A stretch of DNA of 64,000 bases, taken from Candidatus Heimdallarchaeota archaeon (GTDB lineage Archaea; Asgardarchaeota; Heimdallarchaeia; JABLTI01). Shown piece by piece: positions 51,643-61,824 of the stretch. Every line of letters starts with the position of its first letter. The first letter of the stretch is position 1. The DNA is taken from positions 32,001-96,000 of the forward strand of contig JAHLVW010000015.1 of NCBI GenBank assembly GCA_019058275.1, read 5' to 3'. The position numbers and the translations under genes were made by a program. The notes beneath the pieces are model-generated. The model had not been told where the DNA came from. It worked only from the letters and a program-made list of their open reading frames with translations, and searched no databases.

Positions 51643-53025
51643 TTATTTATCGTATTTTCTTGCTACTACTACACCTGATATTGCGCTTTGCATAACACCT
51701 CGAGTTATACCTGCTCCATCACCAACGAAGTAGAGATTTTTGATATCCTTTGATTCTAAATTATCAGTCAAATCTATTCTAATACTATAGAGTTTAATTT
51801 CAGGAGCATATAACAAGGTATTTGGTCCATCAATTCCAGGCATTATTGCATTAAGGTGTGTTAGGAAATCTCTTAGATCACTCATAACTCTACTTGGCAT
51901 AGCAAAAGTGATATCACCTGCGACTGCACTCTGGAGAGTAGGTTTGATAACAGAACGTTCGAGTCGTTCAGGAGTAGAACGACGACCATTCTTTAAATCT
52001 TCAAATCTTTGAACTAATGGAGAATTTCCTCCTGAAAGCATATTCGCAAGATTTGCAACATGTTTTGCATATTCTATGGGTTGTTTAAATGGTTCTGTAA
52101 AATTACATGTAACAAGTATCGCAAAATTTGTGTTTGGACTTTTAATATCAGTACGGCTTTCGCCATTAACACAAGTACTCTCATTGTATCTTTCTGTGGT
52201 TACAAAACCACCAGGACATACACAAAAAGTACGGACACGATCTTCGTAGGTTTTAGTTACATATTCAATTTTGAACTCGTATAAATTCTCTGTGAATTCC
52301 TCACAATATTCATTTAAAGTTTCAACACGAACTCCAATATCAACAGCGTTATGAGAATAGTTTATTTTAAGAAGATCGCATTCAGATTTCAACCAATTAG
52401 TGCCACCACGACCAACACCCATAACGACATTTTTAGCTTTGTAAACTTTCCCATCGGAAGTTGATACACCTTCAACTTTTCCATTGTTAACGATGATTTT
52501 ATCGACTGTGGTTTTTAGTACAATATTAATTTTATCTTTTAGATATTGGTAGATATTATGCATAATTGCAGTAGCATTATCGGTTCCTAAATGCCTAATT
52601 GGGTAAGTAATTAATTTCATATTTTCTTTTCGACATTTACTTTCCAAGCGATCTACAAATTCGGGATCAGGACTAAAGTAGCGATCACCACCATTGCTGT
52701 AAGAAAGTACTGTTTTATCAACATATTCTGTTAAATCTATAAGCTCCTCTGAGGTGAGAAAGTCACTCATCCAACCTCCAACAGTACCAGAAACATCTTT
52801 GGTTATCTTACCATCAGACCAAGCACCAGCACCACCAAAACCACTTGTAATATCACAAGTTTTACAAGCTCTACAATCAGTATTGCTTTCTCTTCGGGGA
52901 CACTTTCTCTTATAGACCTCTTTTCCACTTTCAATTAGAGTAATCTTCTTAATCCCTTTATTCAACAATTCAAGTGCACAAAATATCCCAGCAGGACCTG
53001 CACCAACAATAACGAAATCGTCCAT
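51643..53025 (-). CDS. NAD(P)/FAD-dependent oxidoreductase
   Basis: VGAGPAG, GFGGAGAWSDGK, RHLGTD, RTFCVCP.G, GDGAGITRG. Confidence 0.9.
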   Translation of the reverse strand: MDDFVIVGAGPAGIFCALELLNKGIKKITLIESGKEVYKRKCPRRESNTDCRACKTCDITSGFGGAGAWSDGKITKDVSGTVGGWMSDFLTSEELIDLTEYVDKTVLSYSNGGDRYFSPDPEFVDRLESKCRKENMKLITYPIRHLGTDNATAIMHNIYQYLKDKINIVLKTTVDKIIVNNGKVEGVSTSDGKVYKAKNVVMGVGRGGTNWLKSECDLLKINYSHNAVDIGVRVETLNEYCEEFTENLYEFKIEYVTKTYEDRVRTFCVCPGGFVTTERYNESTCVNGESRTDIKSPNTNFAILVTCNFTEPFKQPIEYAKHVANLANMLSGGNSPLVQRFEDLKNGRRSTPERLERSVIKPTLQSAVAGDITFAMPSRVMSDLRDFLTHLNAIMPGIDGPNTLLYAPEIKLYSIRIDLTDNLESKDIKNLYFVGDGAGITRGVMQSAISGVVVARKYDK

Positions 53026-53122
53026 TTGTTCTTACCTTGATTTCTTTTATTTACCAATTCAAAAATTCTTCGCTAGTTTTTCTAAAATTCTGACAACATT
53101 TATACAATTTGCGTGTTTTTTT

Positions 53123-54409
53123 CTATAATGAAAAAAGTAACAGAGCTAAATTGTTAAACAAGAGAAACATAACATAACCAAAAAGCATTAAGAAAACAAA
53201 AGGTAAGCCCGGGGTTACCCAAACAGTTTTTTTATCATGAATTTTTAGTTGCCAAATTGTTCTAAATTGTCTTTTTTCCATGACTTCTTCTTCATCTAGT
53301 CCCATGCATATTTTCAAACGCCATTCACCAGGTGGACTTTTTTTGGTCCCGTTGATTTTACCTTTTTTAGAAGTACCAACGTAATCTCCTTCTAATTCAC
53401 CTAATAATTCTCCATCAAATGATCCTTCAAAAATACCAGTGATTGTTCCAATGAAAATCCCATCTAATGGACCAGTATATTGTCCAGTATAGCTTATCAT
53501 TGAATTTCTAGACTTTATTTCGCTTTTCTCAGATTCAGTAGTCGAAAAGGTTTTTTTGTATTTTATGAGTACATGATCAATTACTTCATCATCATCTGAT
53601 TTTTCAATCTCTAGTTTCTTAGAAATTTCCTTTGCTTTTGTCAGAATTTCCTTTACATCTTGTTCATCAATTGGTTTGTCTAATTCTAAGAGGAATTTAC
53701 CAGTAATAGTACCAGTAAATTCACCATTCATTTTACCTTGAAAGATTCCTGTAAAGGTACCATCTAATCTCCCCTCAAAATCACCATTAAACTTACCTTT
53801 GAAAGATTGATTAATTAATTCCTCCATGAAATCATAATGAAGTTTTTCAACATTTATCTTGTCTACTTTCTTCCTAAAACCAAAGAGGAAACAACGAATC
53901 TTTTCAGAGGAGGAACCTCTTACTTCATCAAATAGTGACCCTCTTGTAGAGGTAATTGTATTAATAATCATAAGAACAATTGGATAAAAGAGAGCAATAA
54001 TTCCGGAATTGAGCAAAATAGAGAAGATTGATGTATCAATAATTGGTATGGAAGCAACAGAAATATCTAAGATATTCTTTTTAAGTGGATGTACTGGAGA
54101 GAGAATCGAGATAGCCCAAAGAGCTTTTGTATCAGCTCCACCCCAAACTCCTAGATAAAAGAGAATGAAGCCAAAAATAAAGCCTACAGTAATAGTTAGC
54201 AAAACATTAGCAAGAGGTTCAAAGTAGGAATTATCGCCTTCAAAATTTATAATATACAAGATATCTAAGATAATGCCAATTCCTGCCATCAAAACCCAAA
54301 TAATTTCTCTTCTAACTTCTCGGTATAAAAGATCCTTAATACCAGCATAAAGCAAAGCACCTAAAGTAAGAGTAGGAACTAAGATTTGATAAACATCCAT
54401 AAAAGCCAT
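53123..54409 (-). CDS. A24A prepilin/pre-archaellin peptidase (PibD/FlaK-like) with a large repeat insertion
   Basis: KDLLYREV and GGADTKA catalytic Asp motifs; C-terminal VWVTPGLPFV. Confidence 0.88.
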   Translation of the reverse strand: MAFMDVYQILVPTLTLGALLYAGIKDLLYREVRREIIWVLMAGIGIILDILYIINFEGDNSYFEPLANVLLTITVGFIFGFILFYLGVWGGADTKALWAISILSPVHPLKKNILDISVASIPIIDTSIFSILLNSGIIALFYPIVLMIINTITSTRGSLFDEVRGSSSEKIRCFLFGFRKKVDKINVEKLHYDFMEELINQSFKGKFNGDFEGRLDGTFTGIFQGKMNGEFTGTITGKFLLELDKPIDEQDVKEILTKAKEISKKLEIEKSDDDEVIDHVLIKYKKTFSTTESEKSEIKSRNSMISYTGQYTGPLDGIFIGTITGIFEGSFDGELLGELEGDYVGTSKKGKINGTKKSPPGEWRLKICMGLDEEEVMEKRQFRTIWQLKIHDKKTVWVTPGLPFVFLMLFGYVMFLLFNNLALLLFSL

Positions 54410-54491
54410 TTTATCACATTCTTAAATTTTAAAGCCATCCAAAGTCCTTAACTAATGTTATTTACTAACTTGATTTTTTCGCATTTTTTTC

Positions 54492-55430
54492 TTAATTGTC
54501 TTTGTCTTCACCATCTTCATCTGGAGTACTAGGTCGTAAACAACCAGTACTAATTAAAATATTGCGTAATTTTTCAAGATCACCTTCTGATAATGGAAGC
54601 AAGGGTCTTCTAGGAATACCAACATTAACACCAAGAAGGTTCAAACTTGCTTTAATTGCAACAGGGAAAGTTCCTAATTTTAATCCTAATTCTAAAGGAA
54701 TCAACTTTGTTTGTATCTCTTCAAATTTCTTATTCATTTCAACATTGAATGCTTCAAACAATTCAACCAAAAGATTTGGAACAACATTTGCACTTGGGAC
54801 GATTGCTCCTTCAACTCCGGCTTCTTTGATTGCTTGAGGAACTAATAAACCACGACCAGTATAAACAAGAAAACCATCACTTACAGCTGCACTTATTTGA
54901 GGTATTTTCTTGAAATCGCTACTAACTTCAACGATCCCAACAACATTGCTTAATTTTGAAAGTCTGCCAATATGATCAACAGGTAAATCTAGTTTACAGA
55001 GATCTGGATCATTAACAAAAAGCAAGTTTGCATCTATTTTCGAACTAACATATTCGAAATGATTCACCAATTCTGGAATAGTTATTGTTGGTAGTCGAGG
55101 AGGGTAAACAACAAAGCCATCAGCTCCTGCATCAATAGCATACTTCGAAATCTCTAACAAACGATGAGTGGACTCAGAAGGGAGTCCAATATAGACTGGA
55201 ACAGCATTATTTACTTGATCTATTATCGTATCTATTACAGAATGATAATCCTCATTATTCAGGGAATATGGTTCACCACAAATACCTGTAGGTATGATTG
55301 CATTAATTTCACTGTTAATTAGAAAATCAACGAGCTCACGAAGACCTGCTAAATCTAAAGTTTCATCTTCGTTGAAAGGCGTAACGCACGGGCAACCTAT
55401 TCCTTTGAATTTCTTCCCCATTATTTTCAT
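54492..55430 (-). CDS. DapA/NAL-family TIM barrel lacking catalytic residues
   Basis: VTPFNEDETLD, G..GE, GADG, N.VP, IKA..NLLG..VG.PR.PL.PL. Confidence 0.85.
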   Translation of the reverse strand: MKIMGKKFKGIGCPCVTPFNEDETLDLAGLRELVDFLINSEINAIIPTGICGEPYSLNNEDYHSVIDTIIDQVNNAVPVYIGLPSESTHRLLEISKYAIDAGADGFVVYPPRLPTITIPELVNHFEYVSSKIDANLLFVNDPDLCKLDLPVDHIGRLSKLSNVVGIVEVSSDFKKIPQISAAVSDGFLVYTGRGLLVPQAIKEAGVEGAIVPSANVVPNLLVELFEAFNVEMNKKFEEIQTKLIPLELGLKLGTFPVAIKASLNLLGVNVGIPRRPLLPLSEGDLEKLRNILISTGCLRPSTPDEDGEDKDN

Positions 55431-55445
55431 CTCAGTAAATCTATT

Positions 55446-55919
55446 TTAGTTCTTTTTTGTTTTTTTTCTCTTAGACTCAGCTTTCTTTAGCCCACACACA
55501 GGACAGAAATCTAAGGCAACATTAGGGTGAGCACAAAAGGAACAACTTGGCGATTCGACTTCTTTTGGTAACATTAATTCTCCAGTTGCAGAATCAAAAT
55601 AAACTAAAAGCTTTCCTTGCCCACGTAATTGAAGTAATAATACGCGTAAATAATCAACATCTAAAATTAAGTCTGAAGATAATTTATCAAGTGATATTGA
55701 ATCGACTTGTAAATTTGAAAAATACTTAAGGATTCTTCTCTCAATAATGTATTCTTCGAAAATACCAAATAAACCAGTTACGAAGAGAAGTATTCCAGGG
55801 AGAACTAACCAAACATCTCCGGGGATAAGTGGATGATTTGGCGTGAGAGCTCCCCAGATAATAAACAGCAAACCAAGAACAGTGCTAACAATATACCAAA
55901 TGTGATGTGTTTCACGCAT
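55446..55919 (-). CDS. 2-TM protein with wHTH/PCI-like and zinc-ribbon domains
   Basis: Two TM helices; ISLDKLSSDL...LRGQGKL..YFD..TGEL; CSFC...CPVC. Confidence 0.7.
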   Translation of the reverse strand: MRETHHIWYIVSTVLGLLFIIWGALTPNHPLIPGDVWLVLPGILLFVTGLFGIFEEYIIERRILKYFSNLQVDSISLDKLSSDLILDVDYLRVLLLQLRGQGKLLVYFDSATGELMLPKEVESPSCSFCAHPNVALDFCPVCGLKKAESKRKKTKKN

Positions 55920-56055
55920 TTTATTGCCTTCAAAGATTAGTGTGTTTAATTTCTAGCTGTTAGAGGAATATACCTATTATTTGATGATAATAAAGCATTT
56001 TCGATAGTAGAGTGCATAAAAACCTTAAAACAAACATCTACTGAGGAAAACGAAA

Positions 56056-56835
56056 TTACATCTCGAAGATAGTATCTTCAGCAATTTGGGTTATTTCTTG
56101 ATGAGATTTCCTAAGTGCAGTGCGACCAAGATTGGTTAGTTCGTAAACTTTTCTTTCTCTATCGCCATCCCATTTTGATTTACTAACAATGTAATTTTTT
56201 TCAACTAACCTGTGGAGGGAGGGATAAATAGTACCTAAAGCTATTTTCTGACCAAAGTAGTCATCTAGCTTTTCAACCAATTCGTACCCATGAAGAGGGG
56301 ATTGATCCAAGATAAGCAAAATGCGGAATTGAGCTAAACTTTTGAGAAGTTCAATACCAGGAGCGTCAGAGTCAATGCTAGAAATTTGGATTTTCAAGAT
56401 GCTTTGGAGATTCTTTTGAGCATTATTCATGGCAATACGACCAAAACGAGTGCTAACATAGGTCTTACGTTTGCGACCAGAAATAATCATGGTAGTGCTT
56501 TGGATGTACTCTTTAGATTCCATCCTTTGAAGGAGAGGGTAAATGGTTCCAGGAGATAAACGGCGACAATAAATAGGTTCTAAGCGATTGGCAAGCTCAT
56601 AACCATGTTGAGGACCATGCTTAAGGATAAGAAGGATCAGTAATTGAGTTAAACCTGAGATAAGCTCATGACCAACATCATCTGAAGCATTATTCTCACT
56701 TCGGGTAGCAGTTTCACTTTTTTCAGGCAAATAACTCACAACAATATTAGTATGATAAGATATATTCCTATATTCATCATGGAATAATGCCCTTATTATA
56801 TTTATCCATTTCAAAATACGAATGAAAAAACTCAA
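56056..56835 (-). CDS. Tandem double-PadR transcription regulator
   Basis: Two copies of HGYEL...GTIYP.L.R...RK.Y..T..GR; true start may be downstream. Confidence 0.88.
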   Translation of the reverse strand: MSFFIRILKWINIIRALFHDEYRNISYHTNIVVSYLPEKSETATRSENNASDDVGHELISGLTQLLILLILKHGPQHGYELANRLEPIYCRRLSPGTIYPLLQRMESKEYIQSTTMIISGRKRKTYVSTRFGRIAMNNAQKNLQSILKIQISSIDSDAPGIELLKSLAQFRILLILDQSPLHGYELVEKLDDYFGQKIALGTIYPSLHRLVEKNYIVSKSKWDGDRERKVYELTNLGRTALRKSHQEITQIAEDTIFEM

Positions 56836-56887
56836 AGAGAACTAGTAAAGAAAAGAAAAATAAAAAAAAGGAATAGAATCTAAAATC

Positions 56888-58294
56888 CTATTCTTTAGTT
56901 TTTTTAATTTTAACTTCGGTGATGACACCTACTGCAACAGTTTGACCCATGTCACGAGCAGCAAAACGACCCAAAGATGGATAATCAGTAAATTTCTCGC
57001 AAATGAATGGGGCAAATGGTTGGAAGGTAATCTCTGCAAAGTCACCGTTTAAAAGGTAGATATCTGGATTATATTCACCAGTTTTTACAAGTGATTTTCG
57101 TTGAGCAGATTTCTTGAGAACTTTGAATTTAACAATTTGACAAGCTTGAGCAGCTTGACCAAGATGAATGATAGGAGCATAACCCTTAGCCATACCGGTT
57201 GGTTGGTTAGCACCTGGTTTGGATAGGTTCTTCAAAATGAAAGTTCTAGCTACGAAGGTATCAACAAGCTTTGGTTCATCTTTACCAGGATGACCTATAA
57301 CATCACCTTTCAGAATCTCATTACGAGCAATGCCTTTAATGTTTAAACCAACATTGTCACCAGGTTCAGCTTTTGAAAGCTGTTCATGATGCATTTCAAT
57401 GGTTTGAACTTTGGCTTTTTGCTTGGAGATTGGGAAGATAACTTCATCACCAGGTTTCAAGATACCAGATTCAATTTTACCTACTGGAACAGTACCAACA
57501 CCTTTAATGGCATAAACATCTTGAATGGGCATTCGAAGAGGTTTACCAGTTGGTTTTTCAGGAACACTAAAATCATTGAGAGCAACCATAAGTGAAGGAC
57601 CCTTATACCAAGCCATTTTATCGCTCTTACTAACAAGACCGTCACCAGTCATACCGCTAGTTGGGACGAACTTGATGTTAGCAACACGTTCTTTTGAAAC
57701 TAAACCAGACTTAACAAAACCATCAATGAGAGCTCGAACACGCTCAACGACGTTATTGTAGCCAGCCTCTTTGAATTGAACAAGATCCATCTTGTTAACA
57801 GCAACAACAATTTGGTTGATGCCAAGAGTGATGGCTAAAGTTAAGTGCTCAATAGTCTGACCACCAGGGATACGACGATCGCCCTTAGGAGTCTTCTCAA
57901 CACGTTCAAGTGATAAACCAGACTCAAGGTCGTTCTTTTCAGCGGAAACGACAAGAATGGCAGCATTGGCTTGAGAAGCACCAGTAATCATGTTCTTAAC
58001 GAAGTCCCGGTGACCAGGAGCATCAATAATAGTAAAAACAGTACTCTTGGTCTCAAACTTGAAGAAAGAAACGTCAATGGTTAAACCACGCTCACGCTCT
58101 TCTTGGAGTTTTTGCAAGACCCAAGCATATTTCCAGGAAGGTTTGCCGATCTTCTCAGATTCCTCAGCATACTTGTCAATCAAACGCTTGTCAACAGCGC
58201 CAGCAAGAAAGAGCATGTGCCCAGTCATGGTGCTCTTGCCATGATCGACGTGCCCTATTACTACTAGGTTTAAATGGGGTTTATCATCGGCCAT
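56888..58294 (-). CDS. tuf: Translation elongation factor aEF1A (EF-1 alpha)
   Basis: KPHLNLVVIGHVDHGKST, EERERGLTID, DAPGHRDFVKNMITG, NKMD, LGRFAARD; start ATG at 58294. Confidence 0.95.
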   Translation of the reverse strand: MADDKPHLNLVVIGHVDHGKSTMTGHMLFLAGAVDKRLIDKYAEESEKIGKPSWKYAWVLQKLQEERERGLTIDVSFFKFETKSTVFTIIDAPGHRDFVKNMITGASQANAAILVVSAEKNDLESGLSLERVEKTPKGDRRIPGGQTIEHLTLAITLGINQIVVAVNKMDLVQFKEAGYNNVVERVRALIDGFVKSGLVSKERVANIKFVPTSGMTGDGLVSKSDKMAWYKGPSLMVALNDFSVPEKPTGKPLRMPIQDVYAIKGVGTVPVGKIESGILKPGDEVIFPISKQKAKVQTIEMHHEQLSKAEPGDNVGLNIKGIARNEILKGDVIGHPGKDEPKLVDTFVARTFILKNLSKPGANQPTGMAKGYAPIIHLGQAAQACQIVKFKVLKKSAQRKSLVKTGEYNPDIYLLNGDFAEITFQPFAPFICEKFTDYPSLGRFAARDMGQTVAVGVITEVKIKKTKE

Positions 58295-58601
58295 TTTTTT
58301 GTACACCTATTATATTTTCGTTTTTTTTATTCTCAAATTCCTTTTGATTTGATATTCGCAGATTGCCTTTTTTCTCTTTAAGAATTTTTTGTATGGATTA
58401 GTAATTAGAGAAACTCTCTGCATTCTAGAGGTTTTCTCTATTGATTATAAAATTTGTGTTAATTTGCTTGTTTGTCATCACCATCTTCTATTTTCTCCTC
58501 TTCCAAAGCTATTATTCATTCATTTGATATTTACATTCATACATAGTAGACAATTTTAGAAAAAAAAAAGAATTCTTAGAATATGTTTTATCTAAGAATA
58601 T

Positions 58602-59036
58602 CTAGTAATAAAAAACTCCCATAGTTACATATACAAACGTAGCAATGAAAGATAAGATTCCAAGTATGAAAAATAAAATTGTCAATATTTTAATAATTTT
58701 ATATCTCATTGCAGTTGGGGTGTGTTGCTCTTTTACAATCCATATGAAATCTGTATTAAAACATAATTTACCCTTTGTATTTGGTTTAGGAATTACAACT
58801 GGTAGTACATAATTTACTACTGCTAAAGATAAAAATAACATTGGAAATAATATCATTCTAAAGAACCAGTCAGAGAATTCATTGTTGAGTGATATGAAAA
58901 TATGACTAAATAGTATTGCAAATAAGAAATTTATAAACATTACAGCTACTGTTGTTCCACCAATAATTTTGAAGTCAAATTTAAACTGTTTAATTGCTTC
59001 TTGTTGTGCATCAAATACTTCATTTTCTGTTTCCAT
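58602..59036 (-). CDS. Small 3-TM membrane protein
   Basis: Three hydrophobic segments; 16 nt downstream of the 491-aa gene. Confidence 0.7.
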   Translation of the reverse strand: METENEVFDAQQEAIKQFKFDFKIIGGTTVAVMFINFLFAILFSHIFISLNNEFSDWFFRMILFPMLFLSLAVVNYVLPVVIPKPNTKGKLCFNTDFIWIVKEQHTPTAMRYKIIKILTILFFILGILSFIATFVYVTMGVFYY

Positions 59037-59052
59037 TAATAGATGTCATCTC

Positions 59053-60528
59053 CTAATTATTTTCAATACAAATAAATAGTATAGACAAAAGGATTGCTAT
59101 AACAACAATTGCTATGCCAATAATAAAAAGAAATGAACCTAATGTACTTGACAAAACCGTCCAGCCAATCCCTAAAGCCTTAAATAGTGGGATTTCAATT
59201 GCTTTTTTTATAGCCAAATATTCAAGTCCTTTCCATATTAAACCCAAACCTAATGCTCCAATAAGAGCAACCAAACCTGCTTTTAATGGAATTTTAGTAT
59301 CTGGATTTGTATCATTATTGGTTAAAATCTCATAAAATGCAACAAGATCAAATGTATATTCCTCACTTTCAGATATACCATTTATTTTAATATCTTGGAT
59401 TTGAACATAGTCTAATGTATCACAATCTGTAAATACAGTTGCATTAAATTCAATTAAATTATCACTTATTTTATATGTCTGATAACCTATTTGTCTTAGG
59501 ATTTCATTAGACATTGTAAACTTTACTAGATACCACTTATGATTTAACATAAAATTACCTAAATCAGTGATACTTGACTCTGTCTCTAAATCCCAATAAT
59601 AGCCACCTTCCCAACCGGTATATGCATAACAAAAACCATCAAATAATGATTGTTTATCAACATTGGTAGTTTCCGATATAATTTTTATTGCATCGATATA
59701 TGTTATTGAGCTGGTTGTTCTTGCAGAAATCCCAGGATGACCTTCATTAAGTCTGCTAGTATCATTAACTGTGTCATAACTAAATGTAGGAGTAGAAGAA
59801 AATTCGTTATTTTTGGTAACCCAGGCATTTAATTGTGTTCCAACGACCTCAAATTTCATGTGCCACCACGCGTAATTGATATTCTCACCTAAATCATAGG
59901 TTACTAAAGGTGTCCAACCAATAGCTTCTCTTCTGTAAATCCTAGCATAATCAACGTATAATCGTAACATATATCCGTCTGTAAATGAAGGGGCGGATGA
60001 AGAATCTAGAGTTGTCGTTCGAAGCCAGAGTGTAGGATAAAGATAACAAGTTTCGAGATAGAAATATGCTTCTATTGATCCATCTTCAAATGATTGATCG
60101 AATTGTATACCATCATAAAGTTTGCCATTCGAATCTGATGTTGTTTTTAATGAATAGTAACCTTCTTTTGCAATAACGTTTGTTCTACTGAAGTAAGTTG
60201 GATTAGCGAAACTATAAGGATCAAGAGGTTCATATATCGTTTCAAAACCTTGATAGTAGGTTTGTTGAATAAGATATTTCCCCTCATCATTGGTATTGCT
60301 ACCATCATCACCACCGCCATCACCACCACCACCAGGATCTAATACAACATCCATTGGTTCAAATCCAATATCTTGTACTGGATCAAACGATTGCGATTCA
60401 ATTTCAAGTAAATCATCAGCTATTTCAGTACTTGTCACATTCTTAACATGGGCTGGTAAGAATTGATTTACAGTTATACCTACCAATAAGCATATTATTA
60501 TTACACATAGATTTTTAGTTAATTTCAA
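59053..60528 (-). CDS. Secreted protein with a ConA/lectin-like beta-sandwich and hydrophobic Gly-rich C-terminus
   Basis: Signal peptide, DPGGGGDGGG linker, WWHMKFEVVGTQLNAWV...GHPGI...YIDAIKI motif, about 75-aa hydrophobic tail. Confidence 0.7.
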   Translation of the reverse strand: MKLTKNLCVIIICLLVGITVNQFLPAHVKNVTSTEIADDLLEIESQSFDPVQDIGFEPMDVVLDPGGGGDGGGDDGSNTNDEGKYLIQQTYYQGFETIYEPLDPYSFANPTYFSRTNVIAKEGYYSLKTTSDSNGKLYDGIQFDQSFEDGSIEAYFYLETCYLYPTLWLRTTTLDSSSAPSFTDGYMLRLYVDYARIYRREAIGWTPLVTYDLGENINYAWWHMKFEVVGTQLNAWVTKNNEFSSTPTFSYDTVNDTSRLNEGHPGISARTTSSITYIDAIKIISETTNVDKQSLFDGFCYAYTGWEGGYYWDLETESSITDLGNFMLNHKWYLVKFTMSNEILRQIGYQTYKISDNLIEFNATVFTDCDTLDYVQIQDIKINGISESEEYTFDLVAFYEILTNNDTNPDTKIPLKAGLVALIGALGLGLIWKGLEYLAIKKAIEIPLFKALGIGWTVLSSTLGSFLFIIGIAIVVIAILLSILFICIENN

Positions 60529-60768
60529 GTTTTTTTCCCTCTCATTGTTTATTCAATTTTGGAAAAAGAATGATTCCTAATCATATTAATAAATCATTTA
60601 GTCATTATAAATTTTATTTTTTTTCGTATTAATTAGTTTCATATGATAAACGCTTATTTATATAAAGACAATTCTAATGTATTATGAAAAACGCAGAAAA
60701 ATTGTCAGAGTTGCAGTTTTATAAGATTTTTCAGTAATAATGGAAAAAGAAGAGATGATTAAGCTAAA

Positions 60769-61824
60769 TCAAATAACTATGCGATAGAAGAAGCGTTCAT
60801 CTAAACTATTTTTTACTGCTATCATATCTAAAGCTGGAGCTGCAAACATTTTCACAGGTCTATTCTTGGATTCCAGTAAGTGTTTCAACTGTGTAATAAT
60901 ATCTATTGAACTAAGATTTGCTAGTGCAAGTAAAGCAAAGGATATTTGGTTTACATTTGGATAGTGTTCATACCCTTTAGATACAATTGCTATAAGCTCA
61001 GGAATATTCCTTTCATCAAGTAGCTTAGTAACATGCTTATAATCTGTATAAACACGTTATAGAGCTGTAGAGGGTATTAAGAAGATAAAAGCAGGACTCA
61101 AACAGAATAATAACACTAAAGTTTCTCCTGTTAAGGCATCTGATAATCCTATAATTGTAATATTAAGAATTCCTTTTATCAACAGAGGTATTCCTAAGAA
61201 ACAAACGCTACTAAATAATCACAGAATTGGTCTAGCCATACTTCTGAATTTTTTAGGATATAGGTTTACGTAGTTTCCATTGAAATCTTGATAAGGTTTC
61301 CTTTCTATTATTTGTCTGTTTGCTGTCGTTAATTTTTCCTCTACTTGTTTCAAGGTATTCTGAATGATTTGTTTCATCTTACCGGTTTCTATTTCTTCTA
61401 GATCTGATAAGACATCAACTACTGTATCGTTAGGCATAGTTGGAAGAGCGTAAATTGCTAATTTTCTTCTCCATTTTCTCTTACTGTTAATTTCATTTTT
61501 AGCTAGACCTAGAAGTTGGTAAACCTTCATACCTAGAACCATACTCCCAATAAATGCGATATTTTTTGACATTCTAGTTAGCATTATATTGCAGATGAGA
61601 CTAATACTGAATATAATAATCCCTCCAAAAAGTAAGGTTCCTAATGCAATGTTTGTGACATAAATAGATGGATATGGAATGTATTTTGTGAGAATAGCCA
61701 GTCCAATGCTTATTATCGCTAGTGTTCTAGTGAACCAAAAAATACCTTTTAGAACCTTCAAGTTATTCAATTGTCTAAGAAATTCTGTTGTATGACCAAT
61801 TGGTATGTTTTTTGTAATTGTCAT
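60769..61824 (-). pseudogene. Membrane protein with duplicated (2 TM + HEAT-like) units, interrupted by two in-frame stops
   Basis: The frame of ORF 61219..61824 continues past TGA (61221-61219) and TAA (61059-61057) to TGA at 60769 with protein-like sequence. Confidence 0.7.

Noticed and set aside
58406-58440. Imperfect inverted repeat upstream of tuf
   Set aside because: Single AT-rich stem; cannot distinguish terminator, operator or chance
61219-61221. Selenocysteine TGA
   Set aside because: Non-redox membrane context, and a second in-frame stop (TAA) follows
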